Shown: positions 18,426-28,723, numbered from the stretch's first letter. The stretch: 55,692 nt of DNA from a virus (IMGVR_UViG_2693429768_000005); one strand, 5' to 3'. Notes: generated from the letters alone by a model not told the origin. Made by a program: numbers and translations.

Positions 18426-19098
18426 CTTGCTCGCTATTTTCCATTCTTTTTAGTATCTCCATAGCCTCCCTCATTCCATCGTCATAAGCCTTTTTATCCA
18501 GTAATACATCTGGTCGTTTTTGTTTGTTTCTTGCTTCTGGTGGCGTTTTAGCACGCACAGCGGCCCTATATCCGGTCATTGTCATATTCCACGCTTCTGA
18601 TTCTGATAACCCCAGGTGAGCAACGGCAGAATAAACAAACTCCAGTATGTCGAACGTTGGTTTGTATTCACCTTCCTGTCTATCGCTTGCGACCTCTTCA
18701 GGGCCATCACCAATTAAGCCGTGGTACATGCAGTGTTGCGCCAGCGTAATAACATCATCAACCGGCATTATTCCCGGTTTTAATCTCAATTTACCCGAAG
18801 GAGTGAACCAGCATTCGCCTAACAACGGGCCTGTTTCGTCGTCTGAGCAACATTTCAGGATGTGTATAGACGTTTGCACTATCTCACCATAACACCGCGC
18901 CATAATGCGATTGCGGAGGTCTGGATCTGTAGGTAATCGTGAAGGGTATTCGCTACCGTGGATGGTTGCGAAACATTCCACAAGCTCCCTGTCATTGCCG
19001 ATTTTAGCCATCGCAGCAAAGCAAGGATTAAACTTATAGCGCTTACCGTTCACCACAGCCGCAAATTGTCCTGTACGAACATGGATCATAGTATTCAC
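18409..19098 (-). CDS. putative tail assembly chaperone (G/GT position)
   Basis: 229-aa acidic ORF between major tail protein and tape measure; assignment by position only. Confidence 0.4.
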   Translation of the reverse strand: MNTMIHVRTGQFAAVVNGKRYKFNPCFAAMAKIGNDRELVECFATIHGSEYPSRLPTDPDLRNRIMARCYGEIVQTSIHILKCCSDDETGPLLGECWFTPSGKLRLKPGIMPVDDVITLAQHCMYHGLIGDGPEEVASDRQEGEYKPTFDILEFVYSAVAHLGLSESEAWNMTMTGYRAAVRAKTPPEARNKQKRPDVLLDKKAYDDGMREAMEILKRMENSEQEKARD

Positions 19099-19133
19099 CC
19101 TAAAAGGAAGGGGCTAAATAGCCCCTTTATTGT

Positions 19134-19610
19134 TTATGCGGCAACCGGATCGGTTACAGTTACCTGGCCCGCGCTTTCGCACTCAATGGACCAGGTTGTC
19201 ACATCATCGTGCGGCGCCTCTTCTTCGAAAGATGTGCAAAGGAATGGACCCTCAGTCACATCGGTGGGAGTGACGATTTTTAGCCACACGTATGGCTGAT
19301 TTCCGGTAGCAGTGCCCGGTGACATTACATGACGCTTTAGTTCTTTCTGGTTGTGTAGAGCATCACTACGTGATACGCCGTCGCCGGAGAAAGAAACAGA
19401 TTTGTAAGTGACCAGGGATTCTTTGGTATAGTCGGCGGATTTATCAGCGGTGGCGTCTGCGGTTTCCCATTCTACGGAAAGTGTTTTACCGCGCATCATG
19501 CCTAACGCCTTGTACGCTCCAGTTTCCGGTTTGGCATTAGGGCAAGCGATAGCAAAGAATACAGCAACGTCACGGCCTGTAAATGAGCCATTTTCGCAAG
19601 TCTGAGACAT
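19134..19610 (-). CDS. putative major tail protein
   Basis: 158 aa; position corresponding to lambda V; assignment mainly by synteny. Confidence 0.5.
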   Translation of the reverse strand: MSQTCENGSFTGRDVAVFFAIACPNAKPETGAYKALGMMRGKTLSVEWETADATADKSADYTKESLVTYKSVSFSGDGVSRSDALHNQKELKRHVMSPGTATGNQPYVWLKIVTPTDVTEGPFLCTSFEEEAPHDDVTTWSIECESAGQVTVTDPVAA

Positions 19611-19623
19611 GTTTTGTTACCTC

Positions 19624-20010
19624 TTATCTAGATATGATGGTTTGAAAAGCTACGGTAAAAATAAAGCGCCCTTCTTTTGTCTGCATTGCAGGAATAGCGC
19701 CTACTGGCTTCATGTGTGTAATTTTATCAGTTTTATACTCTGTTATCATACTTTGCCGTATTGCGTCGGCGAGGTCTTCCACTTCACTAATATTTGCGTC
19801 ATTACGCGCTGAAATAATCAGGATGCGAAAATAGTCACGGGTTATCGCCTCTTCTCCCGCCGCGCCGCCGTTTTGCTGTATGACAATATATCTGCTGTTA
19901 TTCGAATTGGATCGCTCATTCCAGAAACGGGCCTGCAAAATATAACCTTCGTCGTACCCGTGGGATTTAATCCAATCCCTTATTTCGTCGTATACTTCGC
20001 TGCGTTTCAT
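19624..20010 (-). CDS. putative tail terminator (gpU position)
   Basis: 128 aa; synteny. Confidence 0.4.
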   Translation of the reverse strand: MKRSEVYDEIRDWIKSHGYDEGYILQARFWNERSNSNNSRYIVIQQNGGAAGEEAITRDYFRILIISARNDANISEVEDLADAIRQSMITEYKTDKITHMKPVGAIPAMQTKEGRFIFTVAFQTIISR

Positions 20011-20447
20011 GTTTTGTAACCTTCTACAATCGTTTTATAAATATCGTCGGCGTTATCTGGTTCTTCGAATGCCTTGCGCAAAAATTCCGGTTCCGCGTTT
20101 GGATCCCAGTAATCACCCTTACCAGTACCGCCGCCAAATTCGACGCCTTCTCTTGTTTTGCCGAAATGTTCGCGCGGCTGGCCTTTTAATGTGCCTGGCA
20201 TATTGTGTACCCATTCAGCGTAACGGGCCGTATATCCCAGCCGTAACTGCATACCCTCAGCCGTGCTACCTATGTACTGGAATTGACTGTTAATTAAAAA
20301 ACCAGTATCGATCGGTGTCATGTTCGCAGCGAATCCACCAGCAACAAGCCCCACTCGCCATAATACATCGTGCGTTTTTCTGTCTGTAATTTCCTTTATT
20401 TCCTGCTTCAATCGCTCCCTGACGCGTTTAACACCCTTAATAGGCAT
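20007..20447 (-). CDS. putative tail completion protein (HK97 gp10-like / gpZ position)
   Basis: 146 aa; synteny and family resemblance recalled from memory. Confidence 0.45.
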   Translation of the reverse strand: MPIKGVKRVRERLKQEIKEITDRKTHDVLWRVGLVAGGFAANMTPIDTGFLINSQFQYIGSTAEGMQLRLGYTARYAEWVHNMPGTLKGQPREHFGKTREGVEFGGGTGKGDYWDPNAEPEFLRKAFEEPDNADDIYKTIVEGYKT

Positions 20448-20449
20448 GA

Positions 20450-20824
20450 TTAACCCCCTGTCACGATCTTATAATCCGGCGCGTCATTAAACATGCTCAT
20501 GTCCCATTCAACGATCCCGGTTATAAAGTTGGCCCCAGCCGCCAGCGGGTCGGCAATAGCAGTAGTGTCACCAGTGGCAAGCATCCATCCTTTTTCCGGG
20601 CGCTGTACTGGCTGCATCTTGTGAAGCAGTTCGGTATATACGGTTATCGCGTTGCTAACCTCATTACCGTTTGCGTCTGTTGCGGTTCCGTCAGTGCGTT
20701 CCCATGCACAATCAATCAGGTATGGCGTTCCGTATACATCTGAGTTTGTCCAGTCGTCACGCGTTACGGGGTAAATGGTGGCTAATGCCTTGTAGCTGAA
20801 TCTCGCGATCTTACTCATAGCCAT
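20450..20824 (-). CDS. putative head-tail joining protein
   Basis: 124 aa; synteny. Confidence 0.4.
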   Translation of the reverse strand: MAMSKIARFSYKALATIYPVTRDDWTNSDVYGTPYLIDCAWERTDGTATDANGNEVSNAITVYTELLHKMQPVQRPEKGWMLATGDTTAIADPLAAGANFITGIVEWDMSMFNDAPDYKIVTGG

Positions 20825-20996
20825 AGCTCCATTTAACGATTTTCGGATGGGTTTTCGCCACGCGCGGGCACAGAATTACCCATTCACCAGCATCATTAAG
20901 ATAGGCCGCCACCTGTCGCCCGGTGTCAGTTTTCACCCACACGCGGGTAAACAGTTTCGGCAATAGCGGATCCGGTAATGTCAGGTCGTTCCACAT
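20811..20996 (-). CDS. hypothetical protein (61 aa)
   Basis: ORF coupled to neighbours. Confidence 0.3.
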   Translation of the reverse strand: MWNDLTLPDPLLPKLFTRVWVKTDTGRQVAAYLNDAGEWVILCPRVAKTHPKIVKWSYGYE

Positions 20997-20998
20997 TG

Positions 20999-21385
20999 TT
21001 ACATCCTCCCGCTTTTACCTATCCAAAGCCCAGCGTGTGCGGTGTTTTCTGGATCTGGTGGAATCAGTTCGGCTGTACAGTGATGTTTATCAAGGGAGTA
21101 AAGCAACGAGCAGGCTGCCTTCCATTTTTTATTAAAATCGACATAGCGGTATGACTGGCCTGCACCGTTCGGACCAGTTTGCGAGGAAACGTACTTGTTA
21201 GCCTGGGTAAGTCCTAACAGGCCAATAAGATAAAGTTGAATCAATGTTGCACTGGAGGCCGGATAGTTGGCATCAAGGCATTCATTAACGCTGTTTGCCT
21301 GCTCCACCAGCAAAGATAAGATAACGTCTGGCAGGTCAATACCCTGGCTTTCAAGATATTCCCGCGCCTGTTCTGTAGTGACCAT
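20999..21385 (-). CDS. putative head-tail connector / packaging accessory protein
   Basis: start set at MVTTEQAREY; synteny downstream of capsid gene. Confidence 0.4.
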   Translation of the reverse strand: MVTTEQAREYLESQGIDLPDVILSLLVEQANSVNECLDANYPASSATLIQLYLIGLLGLTQANKYVSSQTGPNGAGQSYRYVDFNKKWKAACSLLYSLDKHHCTAELIPPDPENTAHAGLWIGKSGRM

Positions 21386-21399
21386 TTTGTTTTCTCCAC

Positions 21400-21435
21400 A
21401 TACAAAAAAAATCCCCGGCATTGCGCCGGGGAGTC
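21400..21435 (-). terminator. rho-independent terminator after major capsid gene
   Basis: CCCCGGCGCAATGCCGGGG hairpin followed by T8 on minus strand. Confidence 0.6.
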
Positions 21436-21450
21436 ACAGAAACATATCAA

Positions 21451-22515
21451 TTAGGTATTGCTGCCGTAGACCACACCCGAACGACCTTTCATATCACAGG
21501 TGATCTGAAGCCCCTCAGCAGACATAATGCGGAAGTTGTAGTTATCGGTCGGCATCATGCGCGGTAACGGAACTACGCCAGTGGTCATGCCAATCAGCGG
21601 GGTGATGACGCTGCGACTACGCTGATAAGCGATAAATTCGTTGCCAGTCAGCGCATAGGTCTGGCGAATATCATCAACCGGGACAAACGGCTTGATAACA
21701 TCCAGTACACTACCAACAATTGCGCCATTAACGATGTGTGGGCGTGCCAGGTTAGCCATGATTTCTGGCGATACCCACATTACATCGTATTTAGCTACGA
21801 AGTTGGCGCGGGCCAGTTTCCCGAACTCACCAGTGGTAAAGAATTCAATAATCTTATCGAAAGTCGCGGTGGTCAGGTCGATTTTAGCGACAGTTTTCAG
21901 TTTAAGTTGCTGGGTGTTTTTGTGGTTTTTAATACCCATTGCTTTATGACCATCAACCACGATGCGATCGTTACCATTCAGGTAGAACTGGACGCGTGCC
22001 TTGTTGAATTTTTTCAGTTTAAGGCGCTGGCTGTCTAATGCAAGGTCGATGCCTACAGTATTTAAGCCCTGAGCTAAACGCCAGTTAACACCGTAACCCG
22101 CTGCGAACATCGGGATCGGGTCGCCATCGCTGCCGTATTCGGTGTGATCAAAGCCGTGTGGCGCTTGACCATCCATAGACATCACAACTTCATCATTGAT
22201 GTCACCGGATACGTTGTACATTTTCAGCGTTTTACCGATAGGCAGTACGGTTTGAACACCCATCAGGTCGTTAACGATCTCAATGCCGATTTCTTCGGTG
22301 TTCAGTTCGATGATCTGGTTATCAATTTCTTTCCAGAACTCTTTTGCAAAGCCACCAACAGCGTTACAGGCCAGCATTTCGGAAGTCATGTTTGCTTTGT
22401 TTGCTGCAATCATGGCGTCATGCTTAGCGTTGAAGATATTGCGCTGCGCCCACAGTTCGTTCCAATGGCCCTGCATACGGGCGTTGGTAGCAAGGTTTTC
22501 TTTAGTAAAGTACAT
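21451..22515 (-). CDS. major capsid protein
   Basis: 354 aa; position after decoration/scaffold genes, followed by strong terminator. Confidence 0.75.
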   Translation of the reverse strand: MYFTKENLATNARMQGHWNELWAQRNIFNAKHDAMIAANKANMTSEMLACNAVGGFAKEFWKEIDNQIIELNTEEIGIEIVNDLMGVQTVLPIGKTLKMYNVSGDINDEVVMSMDGQAPHGFDHTEYGSDGDPIPMFAAGYGVNWRLAQGLNTVGIDLALDSQRLKLKKFNKARVQFYLNGNDRIVVDGHKAMGIKNHKNTQQLKLKTVAKIDLTTATFDKIIEFFTTGEFGKLARANFVAKYDVMWVSPEIMANLARPHIVNGAIVGSVLDVIKPFVPVDDIRQTYALTGNEFIAYQRSRSVITPLIGMTTGVVPLPRMMPTDNYNFRIMSAEGLQITCDMKGRSGVVYGSNT

Positions 22516-22532
22516 GTTTTTCCCCTTTTAAA

Positions 22533-22961
22533 TTAAGCGACGCGAACGCGGATAAAGTCTTCCGCTTCCAGGGTTACGTCTTCCTGGCAGTATGCGACAA
22601 TCGGATCTGCGGGTGCTGACTCAAGCGGCTCGGTAAACAGCTTGACGCCAGTAGCCGTGAAAGCGATAGCTGCCCCCTTTTTGTATGCTGCGGCAGGGAC
22701 ACGAAGAGCAAACTCACGGCCCTGTTCCACATAATCAGCAACAACGGTTGCGTCTTTAGCAATTTCATCAGCAATGGTTTTGCCTTCATGGAATGCCGGG
22801 TTAACGATGAAAAGTTGGGCCTTGCCAACATCTGCAAGGGCTGCTTTAGCGAATTTACCTTCAGCCAGTTTAACCAGTTCACCAGGCTTCACCGCCTCAT
22901 TGGCTGCATAGGTTTCGGTAATTGACTTACCATCAATATTTACACGACGAAAACGAAACAT
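22533..22961 (-). CDS. putative head decoration protein
   Basis: 142 aa Ala-rich protein immediately upstream of capsid gene. Confidence 0.5.
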   Translation of the reverse strand: MFRFRRVNIDGKSITETYAANEAVKPGELVKLAEGKFAKAALADVGKAQLFIVNPAFHEGKTIADEIAKDATVVADYVEQGREFALRVPAAAYKKGAAIAFTATGVKLFTEPLESAPADPIVAYCQEDVTLEAEDFIRVRVA

Positions 22962-22977
22962 TGTGATCCCCTTTTAA

Positions 22978-24261
22978 TTAGAAATAAGTGTTAAAGTCTG
23001 GTACTTCGCCTTTTTTACCTTCGCTTGCTGCATTGGTTGCCATCGGCGCGGCTTTGCCCAGGGATTTAAACATTGCTTCTAACGCTTCACCATTTAATGC
23101 GTTAGCAACAATTTCGCCGTGTACTTTCGCAACTGCGGCGCGTTTTTCTGCTACTTCTTTATTTGCGTTTGCTGCGATCTCTTCTTTAATCGCTTTCTGA
23201 TTGGTCTGTAATTCTTCTACGCTTGCCTGTACTGGTTTAAGTGCTTCAGCGATTGCATTAGCCATATTTGCAGTGATGCTTTCGTTAATTTCTTTTACCA
23301 GTTCGGCGCGTTCTTCTTTGGTCAAAGGCATGGGATCGTCCTCCGATTTATTGGCCTTAATTTTTTCATTCAGGGAGAAAAGATTAGAAAGGTGTTCGGC
23401 GAACTGAGCGAACCATGATTTACTTTCCTCATTGGTTGCAAGCTCGCCATTATTGAGAATAATTTTATCAGCCTGTTTCTGGTAGTTGTATTTTTCCGCG
23501 TAATTTTTGTTGGTTGCAATTGTCACTTCTTTATCAGTGAAGTCCACAACATAGACATAATCGGCATCAGGAAGTAATTCACGCGCCGCTTCCGTCAGTT
23601 GTCTTTCAAGCGTGCGATAGCTGTTTTCTTTCATTGCCACAGCCATTAAAGGCTTCGCCTGGTCAGTGTTAACCATCAGGCCAACGCCCTGCTCTGGCGA
23701 TGCGGCTGGCGGTTCATGCAGTAAGATAGCGTCATGGTCGATCGACATGATTTTAACAACGCTATCAGCACCCTGGGCCTTCATCTCTTCAGTAGCTGGC
23801 ATACGCTGACGATATACGGCTACGGATGACCAGATAGGATCTTTGCTTTCGCCTTTTTCCAGTGCTTCGAGTCGGCTTAGCAATTCGCGCCCCTGTTCTG
23901 AATGGCTGGCGGTTTCAACATCCACCCATTTTTCCACATAAACACGGTTGCCACGTAATTCAACATTTCTGTTCCATGCACCACAAAAGCCAATATTCAG
24001 ACCTTCCGGGCTAAATGCGGAAACAAATTCACCGTCAACCGTAGGATGTCCCAGCGGTGCGAGCGTGCCTTCCAGAGATTGATAATTAGCAATGATTTCA
24101 GCTTCCGGGTAATATTCCCGATTCATAACGATATTGAAGGGCAATGTATATGACGGAACAACAATATGCTCACGCCCGTTATACGTTTCCCGGCGTATGG
24201 TGTTAGCGGTTAATTTGGTATTAACCTGAATCAATTCTTTATTCACGATTTTTACTCCCAA
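22978..24261 (-). CDS. putative prohead scaffold/protease
   Basis: 427 aa with C-terminal coiled-coil-like region; synteny between MuF-like and decoration genes. Confidence 0.5.
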   Translation of the reverse strand: MGVKIVNKELIQVNTKLTANTIRRETYNGREHIVVPSYTLPFNIVMNREYYPEAEIIANYQSLEGTLAPLGHPTVDGEFVSAFSPEGLNIGFCGAWNRNVELRGNRVYVEKWVDVETASHSEQGRELLSRLEALEKGESKDPIWSSVAVYRQRMPATEEMKAQGADSVVKIMSIDHDAILLHEPPAASPEQGVGLMVNTDQAKPLMAVAMKENSYRTLERQLTEAARELLPDADYVYVVDFTDKEVTIATNKNYAEKYNYQKQADKIILNNGELATNEESKSWFAQFAEHLSNLFSLNEKIKANKSEDDPMPLTKEERAELVKEINESITANMANAIAEALKPVQASVEELQTNQKAIKEEIAANANKEVAEKRAAVAKVHGEIVANALNGEALEAMFKSLGKAAPMATNAASEGKKGEVPDFNTYF

Positions 24262-25148
24262 TCTTCGCCATATTTAGCGTGCGCAACCTTATAGTTTTCT
24301 TGCGCCCGTTCTAATATTCGTTTGTTTAATATATTACCGTCTTCGTCAACTAATACGGTAATAGTGCTGCATTTGCAGTTAATTGAATTAGGGGATCTAC
24401 TCCACCATTCGCGCTGCTCTTCTATGGTGTATGTTTTCCCGTGTCGCTGTGCGTGTGATAGCCTGGTAGTCGGTGACAATGCCGAAATGTGCATTTGCAT
24501 AGTGCGCAAGTTAAGCTCATCCGATGCGGCTTCTGCCTCATCCATACGCGCTGTGCGTAACGCTGTGCATATTTCAGTACGGGCAATACGTTTGCACCTG
24601 TATAGCGGTAATTGCGTTTCCTGCTGCAATGTGCGCGCTATTTCTAGTGGGTTTAGGCCACGGGCCATGCCTTCGGTTAATCGGCGGGCCATATCCTTCT
24701 TGATCTGTGCGGTAAGCCCGCGCATCTCTTCAAATACACGGGTACGAACCAGGGCAAGGCGTGTGCGATATGTCTGACTGGTTAATACCGCAGACACTTC
24801 AGGGTAAGCCCTGGAATATGTGACTGACTGGTTAGCGAGGTTGGCATATTCCTGAGAAGTGCCGCGCTGATATGCCACCTTCACGTATTCCTGCCAGAAC
24901 CAGAAGTTTTCCGGGTCTGTTAACTCGAATATTTCATCAATCATGTCGCTGGCGTCTTCCAGCAAATCATGTAATTCGTCGATGTAGATCTGGAAGGTGT
25001 ATTTTTTATTAACAGCCAGGGTATATTGTATTCTGTCCAGTATGGCGATATATGGATCGGCTACTTTCTTCAGGCAGGCTTTAAAACGCTTGATAGCACC
25101 AGACCTTAACTTCCCTGTCATGGTCGGGTCTTCGGTGTTAGATGGCAT
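24252..25148 (-). CDS. head morphogenesis protein (Mu F-like)
   Basis: start set at ATG overlapping portal stop; family recalled from memory. Confidence 0.6.
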   Translation of the reverse strand: MPSNTEDPTMTGKLRSGAIKRFKACLKKVADPYIAILDRIQYTLAVNKKYTFQIYIDELHDLLEDASDMIDEIFELTDPENFWFWQEYVKVAYQRGTSQEYANLANQSVTYSRAYPEVSAVLTSQTYRTRLALVRTRVFEEMRGLTAQIKKDMARRLTEGMARGLNPLEIARTLQQETQLPLYRCKRIARTEICTALRTARMDEAEAASDELNLRTMQMHISALSPTTRLSHAQRHGKTYTIEEQREWWSRSPNSINCKCSTITVLVDEDGNILNKRILERAQENYKVAHAKYGEDWE

Positions 25149-26508
25149 TATCGCGGCTGGAGGTATTCGCCTGATTATCTTCTTCACCCTCATCATCGTC
25201 CTCCTCTTCCGTTTCTACTTCACTGGCTGGGCCATCGTATCCGGCAGCCTCGCGGATCTCGTCACCGCTAAATATTTCTTCACCAGTAGCCAGACAAGCC
25301 TGATTGATTTGTGCCATTTTGTCTGCGGCTTCCAGTAGCTCTGCTTTGGTCATGGCGTTAAGGTCGTCCCATAGCACTGATACATCTACTGGCATACTGA
25401 TAAGGCGTAGATCTGCCATCTTGCGGAACAGATCTTCAATCTCGCCACCGATTTCCTCCCTGCGGGTCATGCAGCGGCTGTTGAAGTAACGCAGGTCTTC
25501 GGTTGATGCACGCTCTCCCTGTTGGTTCCCAACCAGGATGCGGGTTGGAATATCAACACCAGCGGCGGCGGTTTGCAGGTTTACATCATAGGTTGATGAC
25601 GGGTCAGACACGGCAGTAACCAGCGGGCTTACTGTCGCACCCTGTAACGCCATCATTACGTCATTACCCTTATTCATTTCAGCCGTAGCCTCATTGAATC
25701 TTTCGCGTAACTCTGTAACGTCGCAATCGTATGTTGCAGCCAGGGAACGGAAGTCAATCTCTTTATCGAACGAAATAGCAAGCTGACGCGCTGCGTTTTT
25801 CAGGAATGATTCACCACTACCGCCTTCCACTTTTTCCAGTGATACGAATGCGTTGTAGGAAGGTTCAAGGAAAGCGATGACATCATCAGAATAGTCGCCA
25901 AAGATGAATATGCGGTCAGGGTGGATCTTTCTGGCAATGGTCTTACTGTTAATGCGTTCTTTGTATTCCCACCATGTCGGCAGGCCATAATTTTCACTGT
26001 CCGGGTCTTCTTCGAACTCCTTCGGTGTAAGAGCGCCAGCCCACACAGGGGTAAATTTGGCAATACCTACGCCTTTTGTCACTGGCTGATCCCACGGCTG
26101 GTTATCTCTGACATGAATCAACAGACCAGCATAACGACCAATGAGGCGGCGGCGATCACATTCAGCAACAGTGCGCCAAAATCTGTTGTTAAATTTCTTC
26201 TTGATTTCTCTTTCCCACGGTGTTTCCTTTTTCGCTTTCTCGTCTTCAGTTCCCTCAATCATCTTTGGCTTGGTGCGCCAGCAAGTCGTAACAATCTTTT
26301 CTACAGCACCGTGAGCGATGCCGCCGCGTCTGTACAGTTTGTATAGATCGTGGTACGTGATCTCTTCTTTGAATCCGTATTCACTCCACGCAGCATCACG
26401 TTTGGCATCTATCCCCATAGTGAATGGGTTGGCTGCGGCATAGCGGGCGTAGGCCGCCTGGCGTTGTGACAAGGCAGCATTAACCGCCAATTCTAAATTG
26501 GATGGCAT
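25138..26508 (-). CDS. portal protein
   Basis: about 456 aa, acidic C-terminus; follows terL; start set at ATG after AGGAG. Confidence 0.7.
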   Translation of the reverse strand: MPSNLELAVNAALSQRQAAYARYAAANPFTMGIDAKRDAAWSEYGFKEEITYHDLYKLYRRGGIAHGAVEKIVTTCWRTKPKMIEGTEDEKAKKETPWEREIKKKFNNRFWRTVAECDRRRLIGRYAGLLIHVRDNQPWDQPVTKGVGIAKFTPVWAGALTPKEFEEDPDSENYGLPTWWEYKERINSKTIARKIHPDRIFIFGDYSDDVIAFLEPSYNAFVSLEKVEGGSGESFLKNAARQLAISFDKEIDFRSLAATYDCDVTELRERFNEATAEMNKGNDVMMALQGATVSPLVTAVSDPSSTYDVNLQTAAAGVDIPTRILVGNQQGERASTEDLRYFNSRCMTRREEIGGEIEDLFRKMADLRLISMPVDVSVLWDDLNAMTKAELLEAADKMAQINQACLATGEEIFSGDEIREAAGYDGPASEVETEEEDDDEGEEDNQANTSSRDNAI

Positions 26509-26523
26509 AATGTTTACTCCTGA

Positions 26524-26560
26524 ATACATGTTTACGCGTTGCTACGCGAAAAATAGAAAA
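26524..26560. repeat. 34-bp conserved element, copy 2 (tandem TACGCG repeats)
   Basis: ATACATGTTTACGCGTTGCTACGCGAAAAATAGAAAA between terL and portal. Confidence 0.5.
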
Positions 26561-26586
26561 ACTTGTGGGGGATTGTGGGATGGTTT

Positions 26587-28071
26587 TTAAAATCCGCGCA
26601 GGCGCTTCGGTAACATGAGGCCTATCGCCTGTGGCTGGCTTAGTTCGGTAATACCCCATACCATTGCGTCCATACGGTCAGGGGATTTTTTAGCGGTGGC
26701 TGGCACATATTCCATCATTTGATTTTCCAGCGTGTACAGGCTGCCAGTGTGGGCCACCCTTCCCTGCGCATATAGTGCCGATATTGGCTCTGCACGGGCG
26801 AATTTACCTTTGCTTGCGTGCACCTTAACAATGCGGCCTTTGAATCCGGCATTGCGTAGCGTGGCCTCTGCCATGTCACCGCCCTGGTTGGTTTCGATAA
26901 CCATCGCGTCAGCTTCATGGATGTCATATGCTTTCATGGATGCTTGCGCCCAGTCGTTAGGCGACATGCGGCCTGAATAGTCACCATCAACAGAATACTG
27001 AGCATTCTTACCGCCACCATATGCGGAACACGCCACGATCCCCGTTTCGTCAGATTCATCAGATGACGTTGTCGCCGGGTCGATGGCTATTACCGTGCGG
27101 ATCTTGTCCTGCGTTATCTGCATCCGGTGCGCTGCGGTTATCATCGCTTCAGTCCACAATGCACCCTCTTCGTCGAATTTACGCGGGCGCTGCATGTACT
27201 GGGCCTCAAATGACCGCCTGTGTGCTTTCAGTCCAGCTTCATGGGCGTCATTGTGCTTTTTAGGCCATAGCCAGCCGTCTGGCAGGTTGTGAGGAATAGG
27301 GATAGCGAACTCGTTTTCAGGATACAAATCCCGGTAGTCAACGCTGTTGTCGATCTTCACTGGCAGGTTCAGGTGATACCATTTCTCCCCGCTTCCACCA
27401 CGTAGCAGGTAGCCGGACAAATCATCGTAGTGGATGCGCTGCATGATGACGATAACAGGCGTCGTTTGCACTGCCAGACGTGAAGCAAGCGTGTCGTTAT
27501 AGTTAGTGTTTACCTGCTTTCTCACCACGTCAGAGTAAGCGTCGGCGGGCTTTAATGGGTCGTCGATGATTAACGCGCCGTTAAATCCTGGTTCCATATA
27601 CCCCGCACGGAACCCAGTAACCTGGCCAAGCGATGAAGTTGCATACACGCCGCCACCGTATTCAGTCCACCACATCGATTTTGAGTTTGCATCGTTGCGG
27701 ATCTTCATGGGCCACATTGCCTGATACTCAGGCGTACAGATCATGTTTCTTACAGTTGAGGAGTTGAGTAGCGCCAGGTTGTTGGAATAGGAAACGTGAA
27801 GGAATCGTGTGCGGGGATTTATTGCGAGGGACCGCGCCATCATATTGATAGTAGCGATCATGGTTTTGCCGTACCCTGGGGGGATGTTGATGATGAGTCG
27901 GGTTATCTCACCATTGACAACGCGTTGTAGTGCGTCGCGGATAGCTAAATGATGGCCTGAGATTAACATCTTCGTTCCGTTCGCTTGCTTGTAAAAGTAG
28001 CGATTGAAAAACAGGCCATCGTTTTCACATTTGGACTGAATAACTCGTTCTTTGATTGTCAGCATAATCAC
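26587..28071 (-). CDS. terminase large subunit
   Basis: 494 aa; Walker A-like IPPGYGKT; ATPase-nuclease architecture. Confidence 0.9.
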   Translation of the reverse strand: MIMLTIKERVIQSKCENDGLFFNRYFYKQANGTKMLISGHHLAIRDALQRVVNGEITRLIINIPPGYGKTMIATINMMARSLAINPRTRFLHVSYSNNLALLNSSTVRNMICTPEYQAMWPMKIRNDANSKSMWWTEYGGGVYATSSLGQVTGFRAGYMEPGFNGALIIDDPLKPADAYSDVVRKQVNTNYNDTLASRLAVQTTPVIVIMQRIHYDDLSGYLLRGGSGEKWYHLNLPVKIDNSVDYRDLYPENEFAIPIPHNLPDGWLWPKKHNDAHEAGLKAHRRSFEAQYMQRPRKFDEEGALWTEAMITAAHRMQITQDKIRTVIAIDPATTSSDESDETGIVACSAYGGGKNAQYSVDGDYSGRMSPNDWAQASMKAYDIHEADAMVIETNQGGDMAEATLRNAGFKGRIVKVHASKGKFARAEPISALYAQGRVAHTGSLYTLENQMMEYVPATAKKSPDRMDAMVWGITELSQPQAIGLMLPKRLRGF

Positions 28072-28553
28072 ACCTCATCTTCTACTTCCTGAACGATGCG
28101 GGCGATTTCTTCTTTCGTTACTTCCACCTGGACGGGTGCTTCTTCCTTGTTACCTACAATCTCCTGTGTAACGCGTTCACCATATTTGCGCGGTTGCAGT
28201 TTTGCCAATAGCCATTTACGGGTTTCAATCATCAGTTGATGTCTGCGGCATTGGTCTTTATCGGTGTTCTCCGCTGCGTCGGCTATATCGATAATCTCAT
28301 CAGCCAACACCTCAAATCCGATCTCCTTCGCGCGCGCGTACATGGTGGAAAACTCGGGCACATCACGGAACCATTTGAGGATTGTTGAACGGTTCGGCAT
28401 GTCAGGCATCTTCGAGATTTTGTTAATACTCTGACCGTCCGCCACCAGCTCACAGATCTCTAATGCCTTTTCTTCGGTATAGCCATGCGGACGGCCCGTC
28501 TTTTTGGCTGCTGGCTTTTTATCGTCAGCCTTTGCCTTTTTCGTGCGGGCCAT
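28068..28553 (-). CDS. terminase small subunit
   Basis: 161 aa; basic N-terminus and HTH; overlaps terL start. Confidence 0.7.
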   Translation of the reverse strand: MARTKKAKADDKKPAAKKTGRPHGYTEEKALEICELVADGQSINKISKMPDMPNRSTILKWFRDVPEFSTMYARAKEIGFEVLADEIIDIADAAENTDKDQCRRHQLMIETRKWLLAKLQPRKYGERVTQEIVGNKEEAPVQVEVTKEEIARIVQEVEDEV

Positions 28554-28563
28554 AATTCACCTC

Positions 28564-28647
28564 TTAAAATTTATTCACTATATATAAACACTCAATTAAT
28601 GTTGCGAAGTATATTGATACACCCAACAAGCTGGATAGATCTTTCAT
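28564..28647 (-). CDS. mini-ORF I of tandem array (27 aa, MKDLSSLLGVSIYFATLIECLYIVNKF)
   Basis: ATG after GGAA; stop 10 bp before terS SD. Confidence 0.35.
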   Translation of the reverse strand: MKDLSSLLGVSIYFATLIECLYIVNKF

Positions 28648-28657
28648 TTTTTCCTTA

Positions 28658-28723
28658 TTACGATAAAGCCACCATAGTGATAACAATCGCAACAACCAGG
28701 AAAAAGAAATCAAGCCATTTCAT
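28658..28723 (-). CDS. mini-ORF H (21 aa, MKWLDFFFLVVAIVITMVALS)
   Basis: AGGAG-N7-ATG; hydrophobic helix. Confidence 0.45.
   Translation of the reverse strand: MKWLDFFFLVVAIVITMVALS

Noticed and set aside
18409-19098. Programmed -1 frameshift producing a G/GT-like fusion
   Set aside because: No slippery heptamer identified, and the downstream space is occupied by the opposite-strand moron.
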